64,000 bases of DNA, from NCBI GenBank assembly GCA_902787975.1, contig CADAIP010000006.1, forward strand, positions 11,193 through 75,192. Direction: 5' to 3'. Within the stretch, counting starts at the first letter, position 1; each line of letters starts with the position of its first letter. The notes beneath the pieces were generated by a model. That model worked only from the letters and a program-made list of their open reading frames with translations. It ran no database searches and was not told the DNA's origin. Position numbers and translations under genes: made by a program. Positions 1 through 10,088 of this stretch are shown in pieces. Source of the stretch: Oscillospiraceae bacterium. Lineage in GTDB: Bacteria > Bacillota > Clostridia > Saccharofermentanales > Saccharofermentanaceae.

Positions 1-1932
1 TATGTCTATTTCAGAGTAAACTGCTACTCCGAATGTCGCTGCGAAAAGTCCTGAACCGGATACCAGAATCGACGGGATCGAAGTATAGAGCGCGGTGTGT
101 ACTGCTGTCTTTTTATCCTGCCCTCTGATCCTCTCGTTCTTATAACGTGTCGTCATGAGGATCGCATAGTCAACGGTCGCTCCCAACTGGATGGTGCTTA
201 TGCATATCGGCGCGATGAACGGCAGGCTCTGACCAAGATAGTGGGGAAGACCTAAGTTGATGAATATCGCGAATTCGATGACGGATATAAGTATCATCGG
301 AAGGCTTATGCTCTTTTCTGCGAATGCGATGATGATGAAGATGGCGACGATGGATATTATGTTGACGACTCTGAAGTCCTTATCGGTAGTCTCGATCATA
401 TCCTTCATGCAGGGTGCTTCACCTATAAGCATTCCGGTGGGATCGTAATGCTTTAATATCATGTTCAGATTATCTATCTGATTGTTTACCTGATCTCCGG
501 CTACTTTATATTCGGAGTTGATAAGGAACAGTTCCCATTTATCGTTCTCGAGGACACTCTTTAAGGAGTCCGGAATAATGTCTGAAGGAACGTCAGAACC
601 TAACAGGCTCTCGAATCCGAGTATTGTTTTGACACCGTTAACTTTTTCCATCTCACGGATCATCTCTCTCTTTGTTCCTTCATCCAGAGAAGAGTCGACA
701 AGGATCATGTGTGTTGATGCGATATCATACTCGTCACGGAGTTTGGAATTCGCGATAACATATTCCATGTCTTTGGGAAGGCATTCTCCCATGTCATAGT
801 AAACTTCATTCTCCGTCTTTTTGTAACCGTAGAATGCAGGCGGAATAAGAAGCGCGAAAACAATGAGAAATACAGGGAACACCTTGATCAGGTGACCGGC
901 AAACTTTCGTGTGTCGGGAATAAGGGAACGGTGTGATACTTTGCTTAACGGTTTATCCAGCATCAGTATCAGAGCAGGGAGAACCGTAACGCATCCGATG
1001 ACTCCTAATATGACACCCTTGGCCATGACGATGCCGAGATCGCGCCCCATCGTGAAAGTCATGAAGCACAGCGCCACAAATCCCGCAACGGTCGTAACCG
1101 AACTTCCCAATACGGAAGTCAATGTCTCATTGATTGCCTGAGCCATTGCGGCTTTGTGATCTTGGTTCAGGGTTAACTGTTCATTGTAGCTGTGCCAGAG
1201 GAATACCGAGTAATCCATTGTTACTGCAAGCTGCAGTACGGCAGACAGCGCTTTTGTGATGTAACTTACCTCACCGAAAAAGTAATTGCTTCCGAGGTTT
1301 AAAAGTATCATCATTCCTATGGATGCCAGGAATATGAGAGGTATCAGCCAGTTATCCAGCAATAAGATCATTGCTGCAAGAGCGAGAGCTACTGCAATGC
1401 CGACATATATCGGCTCTTCTTTCTCGCACAGATCCTTAAGGTCTGTGACAAGGGCTGACATGCCTGCCACAAAACACTGTTTTCCGCAGATGCCGCGGAT
1501 CTCATGTATGGCATCCATGGTAAGATCATCAGACGTCGATGTGTCAAAGAAGACAGCCATCATAGTTGAATTGTCTGTGTTAAAAGCGTTATAGAGTCTG
1601 TCCGGCAGCATTTCCATAGGAACTGACATGTCTGCAAAAGAATCGTACCAGACAACAGAATCAACATGATCGACCTGTTCGATCTCAGCCTTTAACCGGC
1701 TGACATCTTCAGGAGCCATGTCCTCCAATATGATCATAGAGAATGCGCCTTTACCAAAATTGGATAAGAGTTCGTTCTGGCCCTTAACTGTTTCCATGTC
1801 TTCCGGAAGGTAGTTGAGCATATCATAGTTGATACGCGTGTTTACCATACCGAGTAAGGCGGGAATCATTAACAGTAATGTCAGGATCAGTACCGGGAAA
1901 CGGTATTTAACGATAATCTTTCCCGTTTTCAT
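1..1932 (-). CDS. MMPL/RND-family membrane transporter (runs off the left edge)
   Basis: Not in the ORF track. ATG at 1932 behind AGAAAGGAAG translates MKTGKIIVKYRFPVLILTLLLMIPALLGMVNTRINYDMLNYLPEDMETVKGQ, a typical clostridial MMPL N-terminus; the same frame at position 60-1 reads SGSGLFAATFGVAVYSEIDI. Confidence 0.85.
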   Translation of the reverse strand, partial: MKTGKIIVKYRFPVLILTLLLMIPALLGMVNTRINYDMLNYLPEDMETVKGQNELLSNFGKGAFSMIILEDMAPEDVSRLKAEIEQVDHVDSVVWYDSFADMSVPMEMLPDRLYNAFNTDNSTMMAVFFDTSTSDDLTMDAIHEIRGICGKQCFVAGMSALVTDLKDLCEKEEPIYVGIAVALALAAMILLLDNWLIPLIFLASIGMMILLNLGSNYFFGEVSYITKALSAVLQLAVTMDYSVFLWHSYNEQLTLNQDHKAAMAQAINETLTSVLGSSVTTVAGFVALCFMTFTMGRDLGIVMAKGVILGVIGCVTVLPALILMLDKPLSKVSHRSLIPDTRKFAGHLIKVFPVFLIVFALLIPPAFYGYKKTENEVYYDMGECLPKDMEYVIANSKLRDEYDIASTHMILVDSSLDEGTKREMIREMEKVNGVKTILGFESLLGSDVPSDIIPDSLKSVLENDKWELFLINSEYKVAGDQVNNQIDNLNMILKHYDPTGMLIGEAPCMKDMIETTDKDFRVVNIISIVAIFIIIAFAEKSISLPMILISVIEFAIFINLGLPHYLGQSLPFIAPICISTIQLGATVDYAILMTTRYKNERIRGQDKKTAVHTALYTSIPSILVSGSGLFAATFGVAVYSEIDI

Positions 1933-2068
1933 TCACGTTACTTCCTTTCTTGCGGGCATTAGCCCTTTATCGATTGGAAGTATCGTATTTATTTCATACG
2001 GAATGAATGGTCATTAGACCGTGAGTATACAAAAATCAGACATTTTGCGTTTTTTGTTCGAAAACCGG

Positions 2069-2626
2069 TCAGGTGTTTTTGGCTCTGTCGAGCATCATCT
2101 CGGCAACACCCGAACGGAGTTCCAGAAATCTGATGAGTCTGTCACGTTCATCGGTCTTCATGCCGCGGTTGATCCATCCCATAACTTTGCCAAAGCATTC
2201 ATCTTCATAAGAGTGAAGGATTATCATGCGGTCTTCTTCTGATATATCGTCAGCTTTGAAGAGTGCTTTTCCGTATTCTGAGATAACATATTCGCATATG
2301 CGCCAGAGATGCAGCTCAAAGAGTGCTCTGTCTGCCGAACTGCAGACATGCCATATTATCTTTCTGTTCTGTTCAGCGAATTCCATGATAGCGAGCATGG
2401 CTGAATTGATTGAATCAACGGAAGGGTACCTGGCGATCAGTTCATCCGCTTTCTGTTCCACGATGTATTCTATAAGAGCCGGAATATCTTCAAAATGGTA
2501 GTAAAAAGTATTACGGTTGATATTACATTGATCAACTATGTTCTGAACGGTGATCTTGCTGACCGGTTCGTTCTCCAATAAAGTCATGAAAGCATCACAA
2601 ATATATTGTTTTGTTCTGACTGCCAT
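2069..2626 (-). CDS. TetR/AcrR family transcriptional regulator
   Basis: HTH 'ITVQNIVDQCNINRNTFYYHF'; ATG 2626 behind GAGGTG; upstream of the MMPL gene on the same strand. Confidence 0.9.
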   Translation of the reverse strand: MAVRTKQYICDAFMTLLENEPVSKITVQNIVDQCNINRNTFYYHFEDIPALIEYIVEQKADELIARYPSVDSINSAMLAIMEFAEQNRKIIWHVCSSADRALFELHLWRICEYVISEYGKALFKADDISEEDRMIILHSYEDECFGKVMGWINRGMKTDERDRLIRFLELRSGVAEMMLDRAKNT

Positions 2627-2708
2627 GATGAGCACCTCTGTTTTTTTATTAATTATAATACAGAAAAAAATGTCTTAAGTGTCTACTTTCAGAAATGAAT
2701 CAGGACAA

Positions 2709-2843
2709 AATACTGAATATGAGATGAAGGAAGGTTTTGTATTAGCTGATTGTAATATACATGCAAAAGAAAAAGTAACATATCTTCCCATTTATATGAT
2801 TATGTTCATCAAGAATGATTCAGAAGATTACTATTTGAATTGA
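2709..2843 (+). pseudogene. C-terminal remnant of an AAA/DUF4143-type ATP-binding protein
   Basis: Frame reads NTEYEMKEGFVLADCNIHAKEKVTYLPIYMIMFIKNDSEDYYLN*; YLPIYMIMF resembles the tail of this family; in-frame stop at 2676-2678 upstream. Confidence 0.55.
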
Positions 2844-2950
2844 AGCATAGACATGATGGAAAATTGTTTTAGGTTAGCCTCGATGTTTACGCCACACCAG
2901 ACTGCAATTAAGCACAAGGGCTGATACAGGTCATATAACTTGAATTAACT

Positions 2951-2983
2951 AAGCCGGAGGAGTTGATCCTCCGGCTTTCTTTT
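2951..2983 (+). terminator. Intrinsic terminator
   Basis: AAGCCGGAGGA-gttga-TCCTCCGGCTT followed by a T-rich tail. Confidence 0.8.
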
Positions 2984-3080
2984 GGTCATATATTCTCAAA
3001 GGGCATTATTCCAATGCCGAGAAAGTATATCTGTCATGTCTCTTTTGCATTTATACTCAAATTGTAAAGGAGAAAACACT

Positions 3081-5651
3081 ATGGCAGCGTTTGACAGAGT
3101 CAGAAGCGGCATCCCTGAAATGGATACCGCGATCGATAATATAAGGCTTGGCGACAATGTCGTTTGGCGTGTATCTGATCTGGAACAGTTCAAACTGTTC
3201 ATGAGACCATATGTTGAACAAGCCATAAAGGATCAACGCAAGATCATATATTTCAGGTTTGCGAGTCATGAACCGCTGATAGAAGACCGTCCTGAAGTAA
3301 AGACAGTCGTCATTCCGCTGTCGCACAGGTTTGAGACTTTTACAGTTGATATCCATTATGTTATCGAGCAGGAAGGCTTTGATGCATTCTATGTTTTCGA
3401 TTGCCTGTCAGAGCTTCAAGCGGCATGGGCGACAGATCTCATGATGGGTAATTTCTTTAAAGTAACCTGTCCGTTTTTGTTTGTCCTTGATACAGTTGCG
3501 TTTTTTCCGATTATACGGGGAAAACATTCGGTTGATGCGATAAATAAGATACTTAACACGACACAGCTGTTCTTTGATGTTTATTCTGACAGTAAGAACA
3601 TTTACGTCCGTCCTGAAAAAGTGTGGAACAGAAATTCCGATACGATGTTTCTTCCTCACACGTATGAGCCTGAGACGGGCAAGTTTCAACCGATATTAGA
3701 CGGTGTTAAATCCAGCAGATTCTATCAAACATTAGGTCAGGCCCAACGGTCTTCAGAAGATCAGTATCAGGATTCATGGGACAGGTTTTTCAACCGTACA
3801 AGGATCCTTCATGAGAGCCAGGCTGATATTGCAGAAGAGTGCAGCAGAATGTGCAATATCATGATGACAAGAGATGAAAAGATGCGTGAGATGGTGAAGA
3901 AGAATTTCACACCTGAAGATTATTTTGCAATCAGAGATCACATGATAGGAACCGGAATGATCGGCGGCAAGGCATGCGGTATGCTGCTTGCAAGGGCAAT
4001 AATCAGGAATAAAGAACCTGACATAGCAGAATACTTAGAGCCGCATGATTCCTTCTATGTTGGATCGGATCTTTACTACACTTATATCGTCGATAATGAT
4101 CTGTGGGCTCTGCGCATAAAGCAACGTACGGAAGACGGTTATTTCACGCTCGCTGATGATTTTGCCAGGAAACTCATGGAAGGCAGCTTCTCCGATGCGA
4201 TGCGTGAGCAGTTTCTGCGGATCATTGAATACTATGGACAGGACCCTTATATCATCAGGTCAAGCAGTATCCTGGAAGACGGTTTCGGGAATGCTTTTGC
4301 CGGTAAATATGAATCGGTTTTCTGTGCAAACAGAGGTTCGCTTGAAGAGCGCTTAGAAGAGTTCGAGAATGCGATAAAGACAGTATATGCAAGCTCCATG
4401 AGCCTTTCTGCTTTGGATTACAGAAAGAGAAGGGGCCTCGATAAAAGAGATGAGCAGATGGCACTTCTCATTCAACGTGTATCAGGTTCTTATTACGGCA
4501 ACTGCTACATGCCTTGTGCTGCAGGAGTCGGATACTCATATAGTCCATACAGGGTAATGAAGGATTCTGATCCCACATGCGGAATGTTAAGACTTGTAAT
4601 GGGTCTTGGTACTTCAGCTGTTGACAGGACAGAAGGGTCTTATCCCAGAATAGTAAATCTCGATATGCCGGAGAAATCCTCTTATTCATCTTCGGCAGAT
4701 AAGCACAAGTTCTCTCAGGGCAAAGCCGAAGTTATCAATATGACGACACATCAGCTTGAGAAAATGTCATACGATATGTTAGAACCTGTCATCCCAAAAT
4801 ATCTCGAAAACATTTTGCTTGAGCACGATTACGATGCCGAATCAAGACTTCGTGAGATGGGAAGACCGAGGCAGGTCAAGTTCATCTCATGTAAAGGTCT
4901 TGTTGCCAACAAAAAACTAATGGATCAAATGAAGAGAATGCTTCATTGTATCCAAGAAGAATACGATTATCCTGTTGACACGGAGTTCACCATTAACATC
5001 TCGGATAATGGAGATTATTCTGTTGATCTTCTTCAATGCAGACCTCTTCAGGTGCAGAGATCCTCAGGCGGAACAGTCATACCGGAAGGCATCCCGGAAG
5101 ACAATATCCTGCTTGAGAATATGAGCTCTTCAATGGGTCTTTCAAAGGCATCTGAGCTGGACATAATTGTCTATGTTGATCCCGTGAATTACTACAATAT
5201 GCCGTACAGGGACAAGCCTGCCGTAGCAAGGCTTATAGGTAAGATCAACTGGCATTATCGAGAGTTAAATAAGCACATGATGCTTATCGTTCCGGGTCGT
5301 GTCGGAACAACATCTCCCGAGCTCGGAGTCCCCACATCTTTTGCTGATATAAGCGCTTTTGAGATCATTTGCGAGACCGAAGAGACCAAGGCCGGTTACA
5401 ATCCCGAACTGTCATACGGCAGTCATATTTTCCAGGACCTTGTCGAGGCTGAGATCCTTTATACTGCAGTGTTTAATAATGCGAAAACAATTCACTTTCA
5501 TCCTGACAAACTTCAACGCTGTCCTGATGTTATAAGTGATTTTGATGGCGCGGAAAATCTCTATGATATAGTCCATGCTTACGACGTGTCAGGAATAAAC
5601 TGTAAGGTCTATAACGACATTGCAAATGAACATATGGTGATTACGTGTTGA
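3081..5651 (+). CDS. PEP/pyruvate-binding (PPDK_N-like) domain protein with a KaiC/RecA-like N-terminal start
   Basis: ATG 3081 behind AAGGAG; 'GMIGGKACGM', 'IIRSSSILEDGFGNAFAGKYES', 'LLQCRPLQ' motifs; no phospho-His swivel domain evident. Confidence 0.8.
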   Translation: MAAFDRVRSGIPEMDTAIDNIRLGDNVVWRVSDLEQFKLFMRPYVEQAIKDQRKIIYFRFASHEPLIEDRPEVKTVVIPLSHRFETFTVDIHYVIEQEGFDAFYVFDCLSELQAAWATDLMMGNFFKVTCPFLFVLDTVAFFPIIRGKHSVDAINKILNTTQLFFDVYSDSKNIYVRPEKVWNRNSDTMFLPHTYEPETGKFQPILDGVKSSRFYQTLGQAQRSSEDQYQDSWDRFFNRTRILHESQADIAEECSRMCNIMMTRDEKMREMVKKNFTPEDYFAIRDHMIGTGMIGGKACGMLLARAIIRNKEPDIAEYLEPHDSFYVGSDLYYTYIVDNDLWALRIKQRTEDGYFTLADDFARKLMEGSFSDAMREQFLRIIEYYGQDPYIIRSSSILEDGFGNAFAGKYESVFCANRGSLEERLEEFENAIKTVYASSMSLSALDYRKRRGLDKRDEQMALLIQRVSGSYYGNCYMPCAAGVGYSYSPYRVMKDSDPTCGMLRLVMGLGTSAVDRTEGSYPRIVNLDMPEKSSYSSSADKHKFSQGKAEVINMTTHQLEKMSYDMLEPVIPKYLENILLEHDYDAESRLREMGRPRQVKFISCKGLVANKKLMDQMKRMLHCIQEEYDYPVDTEFTINISDNGDYSVDLLQCRPLQVQRSSGGTVIPEGIPEDNILLENMSSSMGLSKASELDIIVYVDPVNYYNMPYRDKPAVARLIGKINWHYRELNKHMMLIVPGRVGTTSPELGVPTSFADISAFEIICETEETKAGYNPELSYGSHIFQDLVEAEILYTAVFNNAKTIHFHPDKLQRCPDVISDFDGAENLYDIVHAYDVSGINCKVYNDIANEHMVITC

Positions 5652-6109
5652 TGAATATGGAATACGTTTGGACAGATGGAAATAATGAGGTATTTCAGAG
5701 GTTTTATCTCAAGACCGAGGAATACTACAGCAAGATAGTAGGCGGCAAAAAGAACAGGACAGGTTTTATTCCATACAATCTGTCTGAGAGTATTTCTTAT
5801 GTGCTTTTAGCTTATGCTGATGAAAAACCTATAGGTTGTGCAGGCCTCAAAAGGTATTCTGATCGGGATGTCGAGATCAAACGTGTCTGGGTAGAACCTG
5901 AGTGGAGAGGAAAGCACATTGCCACCAGTCTGATGGATCTGCTTGAAGATAAGGCGAGACAGATCGGATATAAAAGGGCGATCCTTCAAACCAGACCGAT
6001 AATGCCTGATGCGGTTGGCTTATATGAGAGCAGAGGATATGTGCTGATTGATAATTACCCTCCATACGACAAATTAGAAGGTGCCATTTGTATGGCATTG
6101 TGCTTATAG
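5651..6109 (+). CDS. GNAT family N-acetyltransferase
   Basis: 'EIKRVWVEPEWRGKHIA' motif A; TGATG overlap with the upstream gene. Confidence 0.85.
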   Translation: MNMEYVWTDGNNEVFQRFYLKTEEYYSKIVGGKKNRTGFIPYNLSESISYVLLAYADEKPIGCAGLKRYSDRDVEIKRVWVEPEWRGKHIATSLMDLLEDKARQIGYKRAILQTRPIMPDAVGLYESRGYVLIDNYPPYDKLEGAICMALCL

Positions 6110-6117
6110 GAGTTTTT

Positions 6118-7314
6118 ATGGTTACATGCATGGACGTAAACAATCTGAAACTTGACGGGATGGAACTCGTCGCAGGCGAGAGCGGACTGAAACGAATGGT
6201 TTCGTGGACGTATCTTGTTCAGACCAGGCCTTATGAGGATCACATGAACAGAGGCAATTTTGCCCTGATAGTCGTAGATTATATCCGCTTTGATTTCAAA
6301 GAGGTCAGGAAGAGCATGGATGAACTGAATGATCTTGGCATCTCGGGGCTCGCAGTATCGGTTGTTGACGACAAGGAACCCATCCCGAAATCGATAATAA
6401 AAAGAGCAAATGAATTGTGTCTTCCACTTTTCAATGTCAGATGGAAAGGCGCATCTTTTGTCGATATTTCGCAGAGTATCGGAAACCTTATTCTTGAGAC
6501 TAATATCATGAACAAACGCACCGGCGATTATCTTTATAATCTCCTGTTCGGATACAACGTTAACGACAGATATGTTGAGAAGATCTCAGGTCAGTTCGGA
6601 TTTGATTTCAACAAGCCGTACAGAGTAGGCATCATTGCTGTGGACAGAACTTACGGCATCAATCTTGAACAGGATGAACATCTTTATGAGTACTATGCGA
6701 ACTGTCTTAATTCCGAAGTCATGAAGATGGAAGGCCGTCCGATGTTCATGAAGTTTCTCAATAAATTCGTTCTTCTTTTCGAAGCCAAAGAGAATAAAGA
6801 GATAGAACATGAGATCGAGAGAATGCTCAGAAAACTTGATGACAAACCAGAGTTCAAAGGTATTATCAGCAGCACATGCATACTCGGTACTCCTTACACA
6901 GACCCCAGTAAATTCGGTCAGAGTTATCAGGAAGCGAAAAGTCTTATCCCCAAAAAAGATTATCTTCCGAATCCCAGGAAAAAGAAGGTCTTAAGTGCGA
7001 GTGCAATGGGAATCTACAAGTATATGTTCCGAGGTAACGACCAGAGGGAGATACTTGCATACTGCAATAACAAGTTAAATAAACTCGAAGAATATGATCA
7101 TGCGAATGGTACTTTTCTGCAGGAAACTCTGCTTGCATATTACATGAACGGCTTTAACAGTGCGAAGACAGCTGAGGCACTTTTCATACACAGAAATTCT
7201 CTTATTAACCGTTTGAAAAAGATCGAAGAACTCTTGGAAATAGAGATCTCAGACTACGTTGAATACCTTGATTTATTGAACTGTATACTCGTGAAAAGAC
7301 TGATGTTTTTGTGA
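6118..7314 (+). CDS. PucR/CdaR family transcriptional regulator
   Basis: N-terminal 'LVAGESGLKRMVSW' ligand domain; C-terminal HTH 'TAEALFIHRNSLINRLKKIEELL'; AGGAG RBS. Confidence 0.9.
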   Translation: MVTCMDVNNLKLDGMELVAGESGLKRMVSWTYLVQTRPYEDHMNRGNFALIVVDYIRFDFKEVRKSMDELNDLGISGLAVSVVDDKEPIPKSIIKRANELCLPLFNVRWKGASFVDISQSIGNLILETNIMNKRTGDYLYNLLFGYNVNDRYVEKISGQFGFDFNKPYRVGIIAVDRTYGINLEQDEHLYEYYANCLNSEVMKMEGRPMFMKFLNKFVLLFEAKENKEIEHEIERMLRKLDDKPEFKGIISSTCILGTPYTDPSKFGQSYQEAKSLIPKKDYLPNPRKKKVLSASAMGIYKYMFRGNDQREILAYCNNKLNKLEEYDHANGTFLQETLLAYYMNGFNSAKTAEALFIHRNSLINRLKKIEELLEIEISDYVEYLDLLNCILVKRLMFL

Positions 7315-7359
7315 TATCAGACTGTGCATAGTGTTCAGTATGAGTGTGCGGTTCGCACG

Positions 7360-7388
7360 TTGTAAACGCACGGTTACTTTCCTAAAAT
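7360..7388 (+). promoter_or_regulatory. sigmaA promoter of the amino-acid ABC operon
   Basis: TTGTAA (7360-7365), N17, TAAAAT (7383-7388). Confidence 0.6.
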
Positions 7389-7395
7389 TCGTCAC

Positions 7396-7470
7396 AAGAA
7401 AAGGCACAGTGAAACGATAGTTTCGAGGGAGCCTTTCCTTAATGGAAGGCATTTTATTGTGACAAGGAGG
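7396..7470 (+). promoter_or_regulatory. Structured 5' UTR with competing hairpins (candidate switch)
   Basis: AAGAAAAGGC (7396-7405) pairs 9/10 with GCCTTTCCTT (7431-7440), which alternatively pairs with GGAAGGC (7444-7450) ahead of ATTTTATT. Confidence 0.4.
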
Positions 7471-7477
7471 AGTAACA

Positions 7478-8452
7478 ATGAAAAAGAACAAATTCGGAAA
7501 GAGCGTTTTGACAACGGCAATCGTATCATCCATGGGATTGTTTGCTTTGGCAGGATGCAGCACAGGAGCTGCAGCAACAACAGCAGGCGAGACCGGTGGA
7601 TCCGCATCAGGCAAGGAGGTCTTAAGAGTTGGAATGGAGTGTGCATATGCTCCTTTCAACTGGACGCAGGATGAGGAGACCACTCCTGACGGCAGCAAGG
7701 CTGTTAAGATCTATGATTCAACGTTTTATGCATATGGATATGACGTAGCGGTATCACAGATGATCGCAGACCAGCTCGGTATGGAACTTGAGATACACAA
7801 AGTAGAATGGTCTTCGATCGGTATCTCACTTGACGCAGGCGATTACGATTGCATCATTGCAGGTATGGGCCGTACAAAAGAAAGAGAGATGTCCTACTCA
7901 TTCACAACACCTTACTACTACAGAGATAACTGCATCGTAGTTAAGGCAGACGGAGCATATAAAGACGTCACAGGTCTCTCACAGCTTGCCGGTACAGGTT
8001 GTAAAGTAACAACACAGCTCGGAACAGGCTGGATCCCGCTTCTTGACCAGATCGACGGTGCTGTAACAGGTTCCAATTACGAGACAACCTCAGAGTGCTT
8101 CATGGCAGTTTCAAACGGTGTTGCAGATATCTGTATCGTAGATCTTCCTACAGCTCAGTCAGCACTTCTTACTAATAAGGATCTTAAGATAATTACATTT
8201 GATGAGAATGACAGTTTCTCAGGTGATGAAGAGATGGTAAATGTCTGCATCGCAACAAGAAAGAGCGATACGGCATTGAGAGATAAGATCCAGGGTGCAA
8301 TGGATGCATTGGGCTGGAGCGACAAGGCTAAGATGGATGATCTTATGGCAAAGGTGATCGGTCAGCAGCCGGCAGCGAGCAGTGCACCTGCTGATGCAGA
8401 ATTGATGATCGACATTGCCATTTTCGGCAAAGAAGATTATTTCATCGCGTAA
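7478..8452 (+). CDS. Polar amino-acid ABC transporter substrate-binding lipoprotein
   Basis: Lipobox 'LAGC'; 'LRVGMECAYAPFNW', 'GYDV' SBP family 3 motifs. Confidence 0.9.
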   Translation: MKKNKFGKSVLTTAIVSSMGLFALAGCSTGAAATTAGETGGSASGKEVLRVGMECAYAPFNWTQDEETTPDGSKAVKIYDSTFYAYGYDVAVSQMIADQLGMELEIHKVEWSSIGISLDAGDYDCIIAGMGRTKEREMSYSFTTPYYYRDNCIVVKADGAYKDVTGLSQLAGTGCKVTTQLGTGWIPLLDQIDGAVTGSNYETTSECFMAVSNGVADICIVDLPTAQSALLTNKDLKIITFDENDSFSGDEEMVNVCIATRKSDTALRDKIQGAMDALGWSDKAKMDDLMAKVIGQQPAASSAPADAELMIDIAIFGKEDYFIA

Positions 8453-8497
8453 ACACCGATAGCGGAATAGCAGCAGTCACATACTAAGTTTTAATTC

Positions 8498-8529
8498 ACC
8501 TGCCGGGAGGAATATCCTTCCCGGCGGGT
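8498..8529 (+). other. Intercistronic stem-loop between SBP and permease
   Basis: ACCTGCCGGGAGGA..TCCTTCCCGGCGGGT with no U tract; typical mRNA-stabilising position. Confidence 0.55.
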
Positions 8530-8550
8530 AATCTGAAAAGGATGATGACT

Positions 8551-9321
8551 ATGGGACTTTTAAATTATGACTTAACTAATCCTCAGACATCCATTGAGTG
8601 GATGATCTACTTAACAGGTAAATACTTAAAGATGTTCCTGGACGGAACTTGGCTGACACTTTATATCGCGGTATTAGGTACGATCTTCGGTTTCATTCTC
8701 GGATATATCGTAGGTATCATTCAGGATATGAAGACCGGACTTGGTGATAACCCGGTAAAGAAAACTCTTGTAAGGATCTTAAAAGTGATCGCAGCGGCTT
8801 ATGTGGAAGTCTTCCGTGATACTCCTATGATCGTTCAGGCCATGATCATCTACTACGGCATCAGACAGCTGGGCGTAAATATGGCTCCTGTATTTGCAGG
8901 AATTCTCGTAACTCTTCTTAATACAGGTGCATACATGGCAGAGACAGTAAGAGGCGGTATCGGATCGATTGATCTCGGACAGAGAGAAGGTGCATGGGCA
9001 ATGGGTATGTCACCCATGAAGACCATGATCTACATCGTTCTTCCGCAGGCATTCAAGAACATTATTCCTGAGATGGCAAATACATTCCTTACCAATCTCA
9101 AGATGACATCTGTCCTCAACGTAATTGCGGTTCAGGAATTGTTCATGGCGGCAAAGACCGTAGGCGGCAACTACTACAAATATTTCGAGAGTTACCTTGT
9201 CATTGCAGTCATTTATTTCGTTCTGTGCTTCGCATTCAATAAGATCTTCAATTTCATGGAGAAGAAGCTTAAAGGCAAGAAGGATTACGCGCTGGCTGTC
9301 GAGTATATGGACAATCAGTAA
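8551..9321 (+). CDS. Amino-acid ABC transporter permease (HisM/GlnP type)
   Basis: 'YVEVFRDTPMIVQ' and EAA-loop-like 'AETVRGGIGSIDLGQREGAWAMGM'. Confidence 0.92.
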   Translation: MGLLNYDLTNPQTSIEWMIYLTGKYLKMFLDGTWLTLYIAVLGTIFGFILGYIVGIIQDMKTGLGDNPVKKTLVRILKVIAAAYVEVFRDTPMIVQAMIIYYGIRQLGVNMAPVFAGILVTLLNTGAYMAETVRGGIGSIDLGQREGAWAMGMSPMKTMIYIVLPQAFKNIIPEMANTFLTNLKMTSVLNVIAVQELFMAAKTVGGNYYKYFESYLVIAVIYFVLCFAFNKIFNFMEKKLKGKKDYALAVEYMDNQ

Positions 9322-9333
9322 GGAGGAGAAGTT

Positions 9334-10074
9334 ATGGGTGCTACAGTTATCAGCATTAAAGATCTCAGTAAGTCTTTCGGCAAACATGAAGTTTTAAGAA
9401 AGATCGATATGGAAGTCAAAGAAGGCGAGATCATCTGCATAGTAGGATCATCCGGATCGGGCAAATCAACACTTTTAAGATGCATTAACAAGCTCGAAAA
9501 ACAGACTTCCGGCAACATCTTTTTCCGCGGCAAGGAAGTAAGAGATGTGCAGCGTGAAGTAAATGAATACCGGGCTAAGGTCGGCATGGTTTTCCAGTCG
9601 TTCAACCTCTTCAATAACATGACTGTTCTTCAGAACTGCATGCTGTGTACAAGGAAGGTTTTGCACCTTTCAAAAGAGGAAGCATTCGACCGTGCCATAG
9701 CTCATTTAAAAGAAGTCGGAATGGCACCGTTCATCAACGCAAAACCTGATCAGTTATCCGGTGGGCAGAAGCAGAGAGTCGCGATCGCCAGAGCCCTGTG
9801 TATGAACCCTGAAGTGCTTCTTTTCGACGAGCCTACATCGGCATTAGATCCTGAGATGGTAGGCGAAGTATTAAATGTTATGAAGGATTTGGCTACGACC
9901 GGTCTTACCATGATAATCGTTACACACGAGATGGCTTTCGCAAGGGATGTCTCAACGAGAACGATATTCATGGACAGAGGTTATGTAGCTGAGGACGCGC
10001 CTCCTTCGGAACTGTTCAGCAATCCGAAGAACCCGCGTACAAGAGAATTCTTGAGCAGATATCTGGCGGGATAA
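9334..10074 (+). CDS. Amino-acid ABC transporter ATP-binding protein (GlnQ type)
   Basis: [29 protein letters not shown]. Confidence 0.95.
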   Translation: MGATVISIKDLSKSFGKHEVLRKIDMEVKEGEIICIVGSSGSGKSTLLRCINKLEKQTSGNIFFRGKEVRDVQREVNEYRAKVGMVFQSFNLFNNMTVLQNCMLCTRKVLHLSKEEAFDRAIAHLKEVGMAPFINAKPDQLSGGQKQRVAIARALCMNPEVLLFDEPTSALDPEMVGEVLNVMKDLATTGLTMIIVTHEMAFARDVSTRTIFMDRGYVAEDAPPSELFSNPKNPRTREFLSRYLAG

Positions 10075-10088
10075 AAGGAGGCAGATAT

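Noticed and set aside
2877-2943. 'PRCLRHTR' frame resembling a tyrosine-recombinase HxLRH motif
   Set aside because: Only ~20 codons with no further integrase similarity; probably chance
8365-8452. C-terminal extension of the amino-acid SBP as a fusion scar
   Set aside because: Cannot be distinguished from natural tail variation without orthologs
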